The notes under the pieces: generated by a model
Told to the model about the DNA's origin: nothing
Database searches by the model: none
The model's input: the letters and a program-made list of their open reading frames with translations, nothing else
In this document: piece by piece, positions 1 to 12,222 of the stretch
Layout of the letters: every line of letters starts with the position of its first letter
How positions within the stretch are numbered: position 1 is the stretch's first letter
Position numbers and translations under genes: made by a program
Source of the DNA: Dudresnaya verticillata
Lineage: Eukaryota
Direction: 5' to 3'
Assembly (NCBI GenBank): GCA_977862235.1
Contig: OZ374557.1
Span: forward strand, 744,001-808,000
Length of the DNA stretch: 64,000 nucleotides

Positions 1-1106
1 CCCCGGGCTTCTTGGGGTATAATTGGGATGAGGACCGTATCCTATCGGTACCCCCACTTAGGCCCGGGGTGCGCGAGCCGTATTTCCTTCATCGGGAAGA
101 CCCTCGTCCGGAATGGTTGGTAGGAGAGGTGCAAGCCTATCGGGGTTATGCGCCTCGTAAAGCACCAGGGGATGCATACCGTGACGGTTTGGAGGCGGCC
201 GAAGATTGGGGGCGTTGTCAAGAGACGGTGGGGTGTTCGCGTGCAATCGACCCGCGCGACTCCGTCACGCTGAGGCAGCAAGAAGCTGTCCCCTTCTTGG
301 ACGAACAGGAGGAGATCATGCCCGTCGCAACGATGGCAGCGGAGATCGAGAAGGTGGTCACTCCAGTCCGTCCGGGCGGCGCCGTGCCCATGCCACGCGA
401 TGTTGGTCGCAAGACTACTATTCCTGTAACGGACAAGGCTCTGACGCCCATGGAAGTAGTTCCTTCTATTGTTTCGCTGCCCAAGGCCACGTCGCCATCT
501 AAGCAGCTGGCTCCGAAAGAGCAGATCGTTTCGGAAGCGGCACCAAGTGCTGGGCCGGCGGCATTGTCTCCTGCGACGCAAATTCAGTCCAACGTGGAGC
601 CGCCCCCCGCAAGTTCTTCATTGCCGGCACTCGCACCAGTGGTGTGTGAGGCACCGGTCACCGTAGCGGAGGTGGCTCCCAAGCGCCCAAGTGCCGACCT
701 CGTTGGCGACAAACCTTCGGCGCCTTCAGCGATTCTCGAACCGTTACAGAAGAGCGCTGTCGCTTCGGCAGAGAAGGATACGGAGCTACCTCCTTGGAGG
801 GAAGTAGCCTCACCCGAGTTGGAATTATCCGTGCTGGTGATTTCCTTAACGGAGCGTTCCGTCGAGGCCGGAGTTGTCGGTAGGCCGTCGTTATCCCCAA
901 AGGTGGAGGTGCAAGAAGATGAGGATCCAGCCGTCACGGTTCCGGTTCACTTAGCCGCTACGGAGAGCGGGTTGCAGGTGCTTAGGGGCATTTGCCGTAC
1001 GCAGCGATTTCCGGTGCCGGATTCCGTTCAGGATGCATTAACCTTAACGGAGTGGCTGGTGGAGCAAGTAATTCGCCTCCGCACAGTGGTTCGGCGCCAG
1101 CGCTAG
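1..1106 (+). CDS. 5'-truncated Pro/Ala/Val-rich ORF, probably the C-terminal part of a Gypsy antisense accessory ORF
   Basis: Open 364-aa frame. LSVPPLRPGVREPYFL resembles RSVPPGSRGVIYYI in ORF 57272-58057. Same layout of low-complexity tail plus short helical C-terminus. Confidence 0.45.
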   Translation, partial: PGFLGYNWDEDRILSVPPLRPGVREPYFLHREDPRPEWLVGEVQAYRGYAPRKAPGDAYRDGLEAAEDWGRCQETVGCSRAIDPRDSVTLRQQEAVPFLDEQEEIMPVATMAAEIEKVVTPVRPGGAVPMPRDVGRKTTIPVTDKALTPMEVVPSIVSLPKATSPSKQLAPKEQIVSEAAPSAGPAALSPATQIQSNVEPPPASSSLPALAPVVCEAPVTVAEVAPKRPSADLVGDKPSAPSAILEPLQKSAVASAEKDTELPPWREVASPELELSVLVISLTERSVEAGVVGRPSLSPKVEVQEDEDPAVTVPVHLAATESGLQVLRGICRTQRFPVPDSVQDALTLTEWLVEQVIRLRTVVRRQR

Positions 1107-1298
1107 CGTATGGATTGTGCGATGTGCACCCTAGCTGGCAACACGCAGTGTCCATTCCAATCGGACCCGGAGGAGGGAACCTTTATGCGAACTGGACAGG
1201 GGGTAACGGAGAGGATACAATCACCCCACTCCGAAACGGCGTCGTCGCAACTATTAAAGTTGCGATCCCCTTAACGGATATGAACATGCCCTTACCTT

Positions 1299-1542
1299 AA
1301 TTCTGTTTTTGTAATCGTTGGCTTTTCTTTACTTTGTTTCTGACGTCGGAATAGCTCTTGTGCTGAGTTTCACCCTCCATGCGAACGTGGAATTGAATGT
1401 AACTACTGACAATATTCAGTGACAATTGACACTGCATGCCTGCATGCTTCTCTATCTTGACCACCCATTTATAATCTCCGGCCAAGGCTGGGCCAGATTG
1501 ACTTCGCTCGACGTTCTGTGCACCTGCCCAAGTTGAGCGACA
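1299..1542 (-). repeat. 3' LTR of Copia-1
   Basis: Aligns with 5013-5245; begins TGTCGCTC on the minus strand. Confidence 0.9.
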
Positions 1543-1574
1543 CTCGAAGGTTTTTTCTTTTTGGAGCTTTTGCT

Positions 1575-4500
1575 TCAAATCGATTTATTTCGCGTCCCGC
1601 CAACCCAACCTTCCGGTTTGACTTCTAGCCGGTTGGTAGTCAGTAACTTCCAGAGAGGGTGCGAGTCTCCTACAATTCCTGTCGTTAAACCATCAGCAAC
1701 ATTTTGAGTACCGGGTATCCAGGCTAAGTAGCGAAGTTCCTTGCGTGCATGGCTTTCCCGAATTGCAAAAATACCACTCTGAAGGCGTTTCTCCAATGTC
1801 GAACTGTCCTTGGCAACTATATTAAACAATGTCTTGGAGTCCACATAAGCATCAATGTCTAGCGCTTTCCCAAGAATTTCCTTCATCATCTCTCTCACTA
1901 TGTATGCATTATCAAAACCATACATCAAAGCGTGAAATTCGGGTGCCATAATGGAACGAGTAACTCGTTTGCATCGGGAACTGCCGTAATGAATAATGTT
2001 GGCGTTATTGTGTTCATCAGCCAGCACTAACACAAAACCTATCTGCGATTTGAGGTTTTCGGCGTTAGCAAAAGATGCGTCGGTGAATAAAACTAGCCGT
2101 AGAGATTTGTTGTCCAGCGGAATATAGCTCAACCCTATGTCAGCGGTTTCATGACATCTTTTCACAACGTTGCGCAGCCTTTTGAAATCAGATGGTAGTG
2201 GACTTGGAGCTGAACTAGCGAGTAGTTGAACGACTGCAAAAAGGTCAGGACTGGTACAACATCCAACATACTGTACTTGCACTCGAACGCTAACGAACTC
2301 GCGGTCATTTTCCGGCATCTTGAGCTTTCGGAGCTTATCCTGCTGCGTAATACAATGCTTTCTACCGCCTTTGATGGAAATGGTCATCCCATTGAAAGTA
2401 CTGTGGTCCCCAGATCTCAATATCTTCCGTGGTTTGCATTGAAACCTTCAAGATGCCCTTTCCTCGTCTTGCAGAAATTCATTAGTACCGTTGCTATATG
2501 AGTCATCTACTTGTAATGCTGTTACTCCTTTCAGTACTTCATTTTCCATGCAGTACAGCAGGTAAGGGTCATACTTGGTGGCCTTCATGAAACTTTTCTC
2601 GATATGATGTGTAGAGTAAGTAATGAACCAATACAGTCCACTCTCTGGAATTCCGTAAGGAGGCTTCCTGACGAGAAGAACCATTCCTTTTTCCAAGAGC
2701 ATCTCCCGTGGGGGTGTAAGGTAAATCTTTCGTTTGAGGGGGTACTCAGACTGGAGATAGGCTTGTGAGATGTCCCTGATATAGGACGAAACTTCAGGAA
2801 ACATGGAACCCAGTGCCAATGCGATCCTCTGACCAACTCGGCTTACTGTAGGAGATTTCGTTGGTATCTCGGAAGCTCCTTTGTCACAGAAGTTTTGGGG
2901 TACCAGTCTGGATTTCTCGATCGTTTTTCCTTCTACCGACTTGAGAAGATCAACCCATCTTGAACCATATATCCGTGTTCCTTTTGGGATACTAGCCTCC
3001 TTCACGACCTCAAACACTTCTCGTTCCTCGAGACGCTTCAGCTCTGCTGCTCTGGATTCGGCAAACGTGTGATCGACACTGGGGTTTGCGATGTATATTT
3101 CCTCTCTTAACATTTCATCCCCGAACATATTCTTCAAAACATCTTCAGTCAGGTAGACACTGGTATCATCAATGGTACAAGGTTGAGTTGTTGCATTATC
3201 GACGTTCTTCGCTGGTGAGTCCTCATGCTGAACTTTAGGTTCGATAATGTCAGAGTATCGTGATTCTGTCATAGGCTTGATAACGTTCGTCCGAAAAATC
3301 TTGCGAACAGAAGAGAGTTGTACTACGGCTGTCTCTCCATCCACATGAATAAAGGGAAACGGTCCCTCCACTTTTTGGAGTTAGTTCTATACACGTACAC
3401 TGGGGAACCGGCAGGGATCTTTCTGAGCACGGCGCTGTGTTCTGTTTCCTTCGGACCACCCGAGTGCATTAAACCAAATGATATTCTTCTCTTGGACTGC
3501 TCCTTGTTTATGGCGTCCATTGATTTATCAATAGCACGTGCTCGTGCTAGCTGTGCGTCAGCCGGAGTACTTCTGGCCGGTCTCGGGATAGTCCCAAATA
3601 CAAGTAAACTTGGACATAAACGTTCTGGACCGATGGTGTCATTTACAGCTTTGACGACCATTTGTAGACACGCATTATCTACTTCTTTTCTTGGCATCCT
3701 CTGGCGCATTTTGTTGTAGGCTATGCGAAGTGGACCATGGTATATCTCAACATGAGACATGGTAGACGGAGATTCAATAGGAGCTTGTAGTACGGATATT
3801 CCATCAGCTTAAGCATTGTCCAGGAACTCTTTAGACACAAAGTTGGACCCTTGATTGACACGACGTAAAATTGGGTGGGCCTAAGTATACTAGTGACTAG
3901 CACTTGAGAAGAGGCTTCCAAACGGACGCTGAACTATGGCTTTTTAGGAAAGCTGCAGCGCAGTAGTGCGTTGCCTCATCGACGACATGTAGGACGGCTT
4001 TCCGGTTAATAAGCATCAAGTCCGCCGCAACAATATGATTGAAACGTAGGTCATCAGTACCAACAGTAATCTTGAATCGACGGGGCCTCGATACATTAAC
4101 AGCACAAGTCACACAGGACTTGAAAATCTCTGCCACACTCTCTCGTACTTCTGTGGTCATCTCCGCTGGTCTCGTCTTACGAAGTATATTGATGAGAGCT
4201 GATACGGAAGGATGTCCAAAAACGCGATGGAGCTTCTTGAGTTCTGCCTCGGTGTAGAGCGAATAGGCTACATCTCCGCGACTCCATTTGTGAATAAGGA
4301 AATAGTTCTGTAGAGATAGTCTTTGCCTCAAGTGCTTGTAAAGTACCTCTTTTTGTCGTATTCTGATGTCTAAACCGCTTTCAAGCATATCTTTCATGCT
4401 AAGTAGTGTTGGCACATTATCCGAGACTATCTGAAACTTGACGTCGATAACAAGATATAAATACCTGAAAGGGACCGGGATGGTTACAGTTCCAACGGTT

Positions 4501-4942
4501 TTGCTCTTTCCTCCTATTCCTCGTATAGTTCTGGTATCACAGCGATCAATCTGGCATGGAACCTGGACCTCTTCCCAGTAGGCCTGTACTGGGAGTAAGC
4601 CATCACCGAGGAACGGTTCGCAAATGCGTCAGCATATAACCCCTTGAATGGGATTCGTTCGGCAATTCTCAACTCCGCATGTATTGCTGCCAACTGCATG
4701 TCGAGGTCCTTCGCAAAAGTTTTTCCATGAAGGAATGACACGTTCGCTAAATGTGCCTCCTCATTCTCATTCTTATGCAGACTCATGTCATCTTCGTGGC
4801 AATCTTCAACGATATGAGCGGTGTCATCTTCACTCTCGGCCTCGTCTGACATGAAAATTTTATCCTCGCTATCTGACTCCGAATATCCAATCGTCAATCC
4901 TTCAGCAATAAGAGCAAGGTCTTCCACAGTTAAAGGTGCCAT
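1575..4942 (-). pseudogene. Copia pol (PR-IN-RT-RNase H), frameshifted
   Basis: IN: LHRVFGHP...CVTC, VAADL, VVDEATHY. RT: KSRLV, DISQAYLQS, YGIPESG, QVDD. RNase H: FTDASFA, YVDSKTL, NVADGLT. Confidence 0.93.
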
Positions 4943-5012
4943 GGGGTTCCTCTTTCGTAGCTTCTCAATCGCTGCAGATAGTTCAGCTTTAGAATGGCGA
5001 GTTCGGTCAAGA

Positions 5013-5245
5013 TGTTCTGTTTTTGTAATCGTAGGCTTTTCACTTTGTTGCTGACGTCGAAATAGCTCTTGTACTGAGTTTCACCCTCCATGCGAACGTG
5101 GAATTGAATCTAACTACTAATAATATTCAGTGACAATTGACACTGCATGCTACTCTATCTTGACCATCCATTTATAATCTCCGGCCAAGGCTGGACCAGA
5201 TTGACTTCGCTCGAAGTCCTCTGCACCTGCCCAAGTTGAGCGACA
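5013..5245 (-). repeat. 5' LTR of Copia-1
   Basis: TG...CA ends (tgttctg...gagcgaca); aligns with 1299-1542. Confidence 0.9.
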
Positions 5246-5384
5246 TCGTGACCTTTATGCTGAATTCGTCAAGGACGCTTTCATATTTCTGGAGAACGCG
5301 ATAGCTATTCATGCAATATACGCTTTAGTCATGAAAAACGCTGCGGGATGCAGCCAACCTCTACCGGTGTTTATAGCTTCCTCC

Positions 5385-6110
5385 GAGATTTTGTCGCGAA
5401 GGAACTGGGCTTTAACGGCGTATGCAACAATTCCCTGGACGCCGTTAGTGGTCGCGACTTAGAGGTAGTTTCGACTTGCAGCATTTTAATGATGCATCTG
5501 TCCCGCCTCAGTGAGGATATCATATTCTTGACGAGCCAAGGAGCTGGATGGATTGAAACTGGCGACGCGTTTTGCACGGGAAGCTCCCTTATGCCGCAGA
5601 AAAAGAACCCAGACATGTGTGAGCTGACGGGTGGAAAACTTGCTCGGGTTTACGGAGACCTTATGACTTTGCTTACGAATATGAAAGGAATCCCTGTGGC
5701 ATACAATCGCGACATGCAAGAGGATACCGAGCCCATTTTCGACGCTATGGACACTGTGAAGCTGGTGCTGTCGGTTTACGGGCCAATGGTTGCATCGATG
5801 CGTGTGAATAAGGAGCGCATGTATGAAGCAGCGAGTGATCCGGCTCTAATAGCTACGGAGTTCGCGGAGTGGCTGGTCAAACAGGGCGTTCCGTTCCGGG
5901 ATGCCCACCACCGGGTTGGTCGTCTGGCTGGGTATAGCCGGAAAACTAGTGTGAATCTTGATAAGTTAACCTTAAAGCAAATTTAAATCTCCGTAACGGA
6001 AGCGAACGCTGAGTGTCTCAACTTGTGGAAGCCTGAGCAGAGCGTCTCCCTGCGGAACACGGTAGGCGCCACGGCCCCGGAACAGACCAAGCAGCAAATA
6101 TCCAACACAT
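5385..6110 (+). pseudogene. argH: Argininosuccinate lyase, C-terminal half, with premature stop
   Basis: NSLDAVSGRD, HLSRLSED, the fumarase-family signature GSSLMPQKKNPD, YNRDMQED and GVPFRDAHHRVG. TAA at 5984-5986; the same frame resumes with ...SVSLRNTVGATAPEQ. N-terminal half absent. Confidence 0.92.
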
Positions 6111-7018
6111 GGAGCCATCTGCTGTGGCCAAGCGTGTTACTCGCGTTTCACATCGTTGGCTGGGTCTTCGATTGTGGTTACAGCAAGATCGTTGAAAGCC
6201 AACTCACGCGTTGACCGCTTCGCGTCTAGACTTGCCCTCTCATGTACTGTCTTTTAACCTATAAGTCTATCAATTAAACCATGCGAAGAGTAGCCAGAGG
6301 AATCTCGCGGGAAAGCTGCGTAACCGGACAGGATGTTGCCAAAAAGAACAATTCCCTTGTATGAAAACTCTGAACATCGCCTCAGTGTCTTCTATTTTAG
6401 AGCTCTCCCACAGTGCGGCATGGAGAGCACGGTACAGTCTCCAGAAGACGGGGCACGCACTGTGAAAGCTTCCGCCGAGCTTGTTTGGTAGACCCAATGT
6501 AGCTGTCCGTGACCTCTGTTCCACTAGTGCAGTCGCGGGATTGCTTGCATCATACCGGAAGCTTTTAACACGGTGAAGGACGTGCTGCAGAAAGGTGGCA
6601 ATCTGCGACTCCCTGTCATATTGAGGTTGTTAACGAACAGCGCTCTGGATGATGAGGAGAAGGCGGATGAGGACAAGGTCAAGTTCCTGAGAAATGCCGG
6701 AGCGAGGGCATGCAGCACCGGCGACACCCCGTACAAACGACGTGGTGCACTGCAACGGTGGGAAAGTACTGCGCTCCTGTGCGCGACCACGCGCGTTCAG
6801 CACGGCGGCAGACGAGGCAGACCTCGACCGCAACAGGCGGACGTCGAAGCGGCGCTGCGACTGCAGCATGCTCAGCGCGGTACAGGCAGCTGGGGGTGTG
6901 GGTGTGATGCGCAGGGGGACGTTTTGGGCAGGGATGCAGCAGCAGATATTCTGATGTGTGTCATACCGACCGCGCGGCCGCGTGCCTGCAGCGATGGGAG
7001 GGTGAGGTTCCGAGATGG

Positions 7019-7280
7019 CCGGATAGTTTTCTGCGAATGCGAGCCGCCAGGACCTATCCGGCAATATCGATATTATTTTTTAGGTTTTCTCGACAGCAAA
7101 ACCTCTTATTATAGGTTTTTGTGAAAGTGATTTTGAAAATACCTATATAGGTATTTCCAGATTCAGTGTAGAAATACCTATTAAACAGATATTCGACCTC
7201 ATGCGCCGCGAAAACCTATTCATCAATACTGATATTAGTGTTTAGGTTTCTGCAAGCTCGAGCTGTGAAAACCTATCCGG
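7019..7280. mobile_element. MITE-like element
   Basis: Terminal inverted repeats CCGGATAG-TTTTC / GAAAACCTATCCGG. AT-rich interior with many ACCTA/TAGGT motifs in both orientations. GG flanks both ends. Confidence 0.55.
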
Positions 7281-7614
7281 GGCTCCTGGGGCTCGGTCCT
7301 ACACCGTCCGCCGCCTACCGGCGCATGTCGCCAGATTTGTGCGTGCACCTCGCGCACCATGCCGTGCACCATCCACACTGTCCACACTGCCGCCAGTTAT
7401 TCCTGTTCGCGCTTAATCTATCGTTGCTGACCCCGCACCGGGTTTAGAGCCGGCGCCCATGTGAAGCAGAAACGCTCTCGAAAGTCCAAATTCGCTGCGC
7501 ACAGCGCACAGCGGAGGGAGTCGTCCTCCGCGATATTACCGCCCAGCACGGATACAGGCGCGTGTCATGATGTTCGAGCGTGAGACGACATGGAAAGATG
7601 CTACACAACGCAGT

Positions 7615-7950
7615 TTACATTTCAGTTTCTCGCGAGGCACAGGACCACTCTAAAGATTGCCGATGGCTATACATTTCCGGTATCTCCCCTCCATCCGAAC
7701 CGGGGTTCTGTCGGTTCTGTACTGGACCATACATTCTGGTAATCGCCCTGAATAGGGCCCTGACGCTCCCTCTAATGCTCCTCAGCGCGTTCACAGCTCG
7801 CCTGCTTTTGCCGTACAAAATCTCGCTCACGGCTTGTGCCACGGCCCGAAGTTGCTCATCGAGATGGTTTGCTCTCTTTTGCAGTTGTCGAACCTGCACA
7901 CGGAGTTTGTCAATCTCACCTCTCAGCTCCTGGATTGTTTGACGCGTCAT
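7615..7950 (-). CDS. Small coiled-coil hypothetical protein
   Basis: ATG-initiated 111-aa ORF with heptad pattern IQELRGEIDKLRVQVRQLQKR. Confidence 0.35.
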   Translation of the reverse strand: MTRQTIQELRGEIDKLRVQVRQLQKRANHLDEQLRAVAQAVSEILYGKSRRAVNALRSIRGSVRALFRAITRMYGPVQNRQNPGSDGGEIPEMYSHRQSLEWSCASRETEM

Positions 7951-8213
7951 TCTGATTTCTCTTCTAGCCCCTTCTCACTGGGCACTTCGGTGTGCAGTGC
8001 AATGGAACTCAAACTGGAGGGGCAGGCAAATGTGATTCCGGATCTGAATCCAACTCGATGTCCACCTCTTCTCTGTGTTCAATTCCCAACCTTTCTTCAA
8101 TTGAACGTAGTCTGTCTCGAGCCTGCCTGGCAAAGCTCATCACCTGTACAACCACCTTTTCCACTCGGTTGAAAACATCGCTATATATGACATCCAGGCG
8201 CAGTCGTGTGTCA

Positions 8214-11200
8214 TCAATGAACGACCTCATCTGGCCGAACCTCAGCCCGAAGAGTCTGAACTTCACGCAGCATGGTCGTGGGGTCAAGACTTGGAATTCG
8301 GTCGCGATGTACATGTGCGGGGTTCATGGTGCATGTCGTTTTACATGTTCCAGACATTGCAGGGCCATTGCAGCAAAGCCGCACTCGATCTGGGATAAAT
8401 GCTGCAGACGGAGGATTCTGAAAAGCTCGTGGCAGGCAATTATACCCAATATGCATCTCGGAGGTTGCTCTGACCGTAATATCGTACGACGGCGATTCCA
8501 ACTTGTGCAAATCCCATGCGAAGAACCCCACCAGCCCACTCAGTGTCTCCGGAGATCCCTCTTGGCCTGTGAAACTATGCGGATACTTCCGGGACTCACA
8601 TCCAGGTAATGCGCTGAATCCGTAAAGAGAAACGATATATTCTCCTTCCTTCGCAACCTTCGACAAAGACACTCCGTGAAGGGTCTCAGCTATTTTGGAA
8701 CGCTCAGCATTTCGTTGCACAGATGCTGTTCCGACTTTATCTCTGTCTTGAAACAGGACTACCTTCGAAGCACCCCGTAGAGGATTAGATTCTGAGCCTT
8801 CCGGACTAGTTTGTTTCTGTTTGGCGGGTTGCTGGTCTGTTACAGTTGATGTTATCACATTCTCATCATTCCGTACTACTTTCCGTCTCTTCTCAGCGGA
8901 ATCAGTATCGGTAGTCGTTTCACAGTGTTGCCGTTTGACGACAGTGAGTTTGGAAGAGCGCACCTTTTCATTACACACATCGACTGAGATTTTCTTCAAA
9001 CGATCATATGCCAGTCCGAATGTTGCGGGGTTCTGATCCATGCCCTCAGTCGGATGCCCCGTTCGCAATCCAGCAGTGCAAGTGGTCAGGGTACCTCCGT
9101 AGACATCCAAAACACGTCCACCATCGGGACAGAAAGTTGTCATGACCTCCATTAGAGCCAACACATTCTTCTCCTCTACCAGAACAGGGGATTTGGTCCC
9201 TGGCTTCAGCAGCTTTTGCCTCGATACTGGAACACCTGAGAAGGCTACGAACTTTCGCCGATCTTTGCTTCCCAAGAAGTGAAGTGGACTGGAGAGGTCA
9301 GGCTTGAATTTCCACCACTCGTTCCCCGTCGGCGGCCAAACGCCGCTATTTCCGTAGCATTCTGTGGATAGTCTTTACGATGTCTCTACAATGTCCTCGT
9401 ATCTTTGGAAACGGTGAAGGGATACTCCGGGCAGTCGAGCCCAGCATGAAACAGAGCACGTTGATACTTTGCGAAGTTAATGAAACTGCAGAAGATGAAA
9501 ACCAGTGACCAGGTTTAACGACCCCTCGACAGAATTCTATGAATTGCTTAATCTCCCCATCGCTGAAATAATTGTCGTAGGATGTACCAGCATTCGAACG
9601 AATAGGCGGTATTCCGTACGGAGGGTCCGTCAGTATGAGGTCGGTTAGTGTGCTCGAATCGTCTCGAACGGACTGGGGATACGTCTGCAACCTCATGTGG
9701 TGGTAACTGATGCTCATTGAATTCAGTGCATCAGCTTCTTCAGTACCTGATGTTTCGAGCTTTTCAGACTGTACGGTAGACGCGGACGATCGTGTATGTT
9801 TTGCATTCCCATCCAGATGGCAAGTCGTGTCCTCCCCGGTGTCTCCAGCATGGCTATTGGCTGTCCGTTTCTCGTTTTCATGTGTTCTGCCACAGTTGCC
9901 ATCCTCATTTGTTGATTCTTGCTTGTTTTCCAACGGTTCGGAAGGGTTTGTTCCGGAACCAATAGAACTTTCAACACATCCCGCGGCGACAGACTTGCAA
10001 TACTGTTTATCAACAGGTGCACCAGGTTTTGGTGAAGGAGTGGAATCTCCACAATCATTGCGCTCGACACTATCACAGTGCAAATGCGGCCCTTCCAGAG
10101 AGGCATTATCTGGACACTTGCTGATCTATGCGTTGTCTTATTTCCGCCAATGCTCTTAAGCAAGTCGACGTGCTTCTTCTACTTAACAGCAGCTTCCTCG
10201 GGACAGACATACCTGTACAATTCCAGTATAGATGCCACAACGTCCTTGTCATTTCCTATATTCTCCGAAACCTCATCATCCATCTTCTGTGTATTGAGAA
10301 GGTTCGAGTGAAGCCCCTGCATGGACTCTGGCCACTCGTGACTTTCCCGGAGAGCTTCAAACTTACGAACCTCGCGAAGAGCGGCGGTGGCCTTTGAAAC
10401 TGTTCCACAGTGTACCGGTAAGACAGCGGTTTGAAGTTATGTAAACGACGCAATTCTCTCAAACGGTATAAAGTCGCAATCTGTGCTTGTACACCATCCG
10501 GTGCTTTCGACGCGTTCATGAACACTGTTGCGGACTTAAGAGATGTTGTTGATGAACTTGCGGTACACTCGACAGTCCACACTTTTATTGATGTCCTTGT
10601 GATTCACAGTTTTAGATCGAATCGACACCAAATCATCCCTCTCCTCGTTTATAATGTCTCCGAATGTGTCAATCACTCGCGGTCAAGTCTAAGGACAGTA
10701 TGGGCAGTCTGTTTAACCGTATTGTCCTTGAAATGATTTCATCCGTCATAGGCTTCAGCAATCCTTGTGGCATTCGGAAGTTTTCCGCCATTCCCCGCTG
10801 TGAGACGATCTGCCTCCTCTTTCATGCCTCGAAGGGTATCGAATAAAGTAGTCTAGATGTAGAATGAAGAATCGTGCTTGTCATTCTGGTGATGAGCCAA
10901 TTGTCGAAGTGCCTGCAATTCATGGATCCGTCTAAGAACAGTAACAGGCCATGAAAAAGATTTCCACGTCTCGTAATCCTCCTCCCGGAGTTCTGTGATA
11001 GCTATAAGTCTGTGCATCCCGTCCACTGCCCCATACCACTTGGCTCGATTGCTTGACATTTCCACGGATTCTTTTTGCGAGTATGACGTTCCGTCTTTCT
11101 TCAACTTTTGTTGGAAGTGCTTAATTACCAAAGATCGAAAGGACCCCGACATTGCAATTACAATGGGAGCGTCAAAGCCAGCAACATATCCAATTGAACT

Positions 11201-11440
11201 AGCTCGAGGATCGTGGAGGTCCTTGCGCGACGCATCAAAGCGCCCCTTCAAACGCTCCACTCCAGACCTCGCAATAGGTCGAATGGCCTTCAATGGAATA
11301 CAGGAAGTGGGATCTACTCTTGTGTTGACGGAACCATCTATTAAGTCGGCGAATAGAGCTTTTGCGATCTGTGTCGATCGAGGAATCTGTTTAGGTCCAG
11401 CACCTCTCGACTTTCGCTTCCCACTACCCATTCCGAACAT
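8214..11440 (-). pseudogene. ParB-like domain + beta-class N6A/N4C DNA methyltransferase + TNP1/En-Spm-like C-terminal domain (stops and frameshifts)
   Basis: YGAVDGMHRLIAI (ParB/Srx motif, ~11010). DLILTDPPYG (motif IV, 9616-9627), then VVKPG. EKNVLALMEVMTTFCPDGGRVLDVYGGTLTT...AYDRL (motifs X-I-II, ~9000-9175). LHGVSL...YIVS...ETLSGLVGFFAWD (~8495-8770). Confidence 0.8.
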
Positions 11441-12222
11441 GAAGTTGATTACCTAGAAGGCCGTGAATTATTGTAGAGCGAAGTTAAGAACTTAGGCAAA
11501 CCCCGGAAGGGGCGTGCAAAGTGGCAAGTGAGCTTTCCCGCGTTGACCGCACAGACTACCGCTATACTCTAAGCCTTGGAGACAGGCATCATACTATATA
11601 TCGCATGGAGATCCTGTGTGCTTTCTTGCAACGACGGAATAAAGATAACTATCTTTACGTCATGTAACTGCCCTGGGGACGACCGTACAGTTTAAGTGCA
11701 ACCGTAACGGTGGTGAACGGGAGATTATGATTCTCGTCAATCAAATTTGGGTAGGACAACAACGTGTGCTAATACGAGAGCCAAGTAATACGTGGGCAAT
11801 CCGAATCCCAGGTTCATGTGATGAGTTCGGTCTCTCTCACATATACTTTGTGGAGAGGAGCGGGAACAATATATCCTGTAAGACATCTCTCACGACAGTT
11901 TACGGCACGAAGCAATAATGAAGACCACAGCCCGCCACCGTGATGTTGAGATGACTACTGTAACAGGAAGGGCCCCTCATCGAGTCTCGGAAGTGGCTCA
12001 CGCTCAGTTACTCAGGACTGCATACCATTGAACTTGAATCGTGCATGGCACATGGATGGCACTATCGAAAAGAACAGAATGGAGCACAGAAACCCGGCTG
12101 TACACCGTCAATGTCTGACAGAGCTGCAGGACGTAACATTTGATATGGTGGAAGTGGGCCAGAAAATGGAGTCACTGAATGTAACCGCCTTGTGCAAGGA
12201 CGGGTAGTGTGCGAAGGACATC

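Larger units (their letters stand above)
1299..5245 (-). mobile_element. Ty1/Copia LTR retrotransposon, degenerate, most of gag deleted
   Basis: Direct repeats at 1299-1542 and 5013-5245. Minus-strand order is gag tail/PR, IN, RT, RH. Purine-rich tract AAAGAAAAAA precedes the 3' LTR. No matching TSD. Confidence 0.93.

Noticed and set aside
8214..11440. Bacterial contamination or restriction-modification operon
   Set aside because: Embedded among eukaryotic TEs, multiply disrupted, no endonuclease partner or operon structure.
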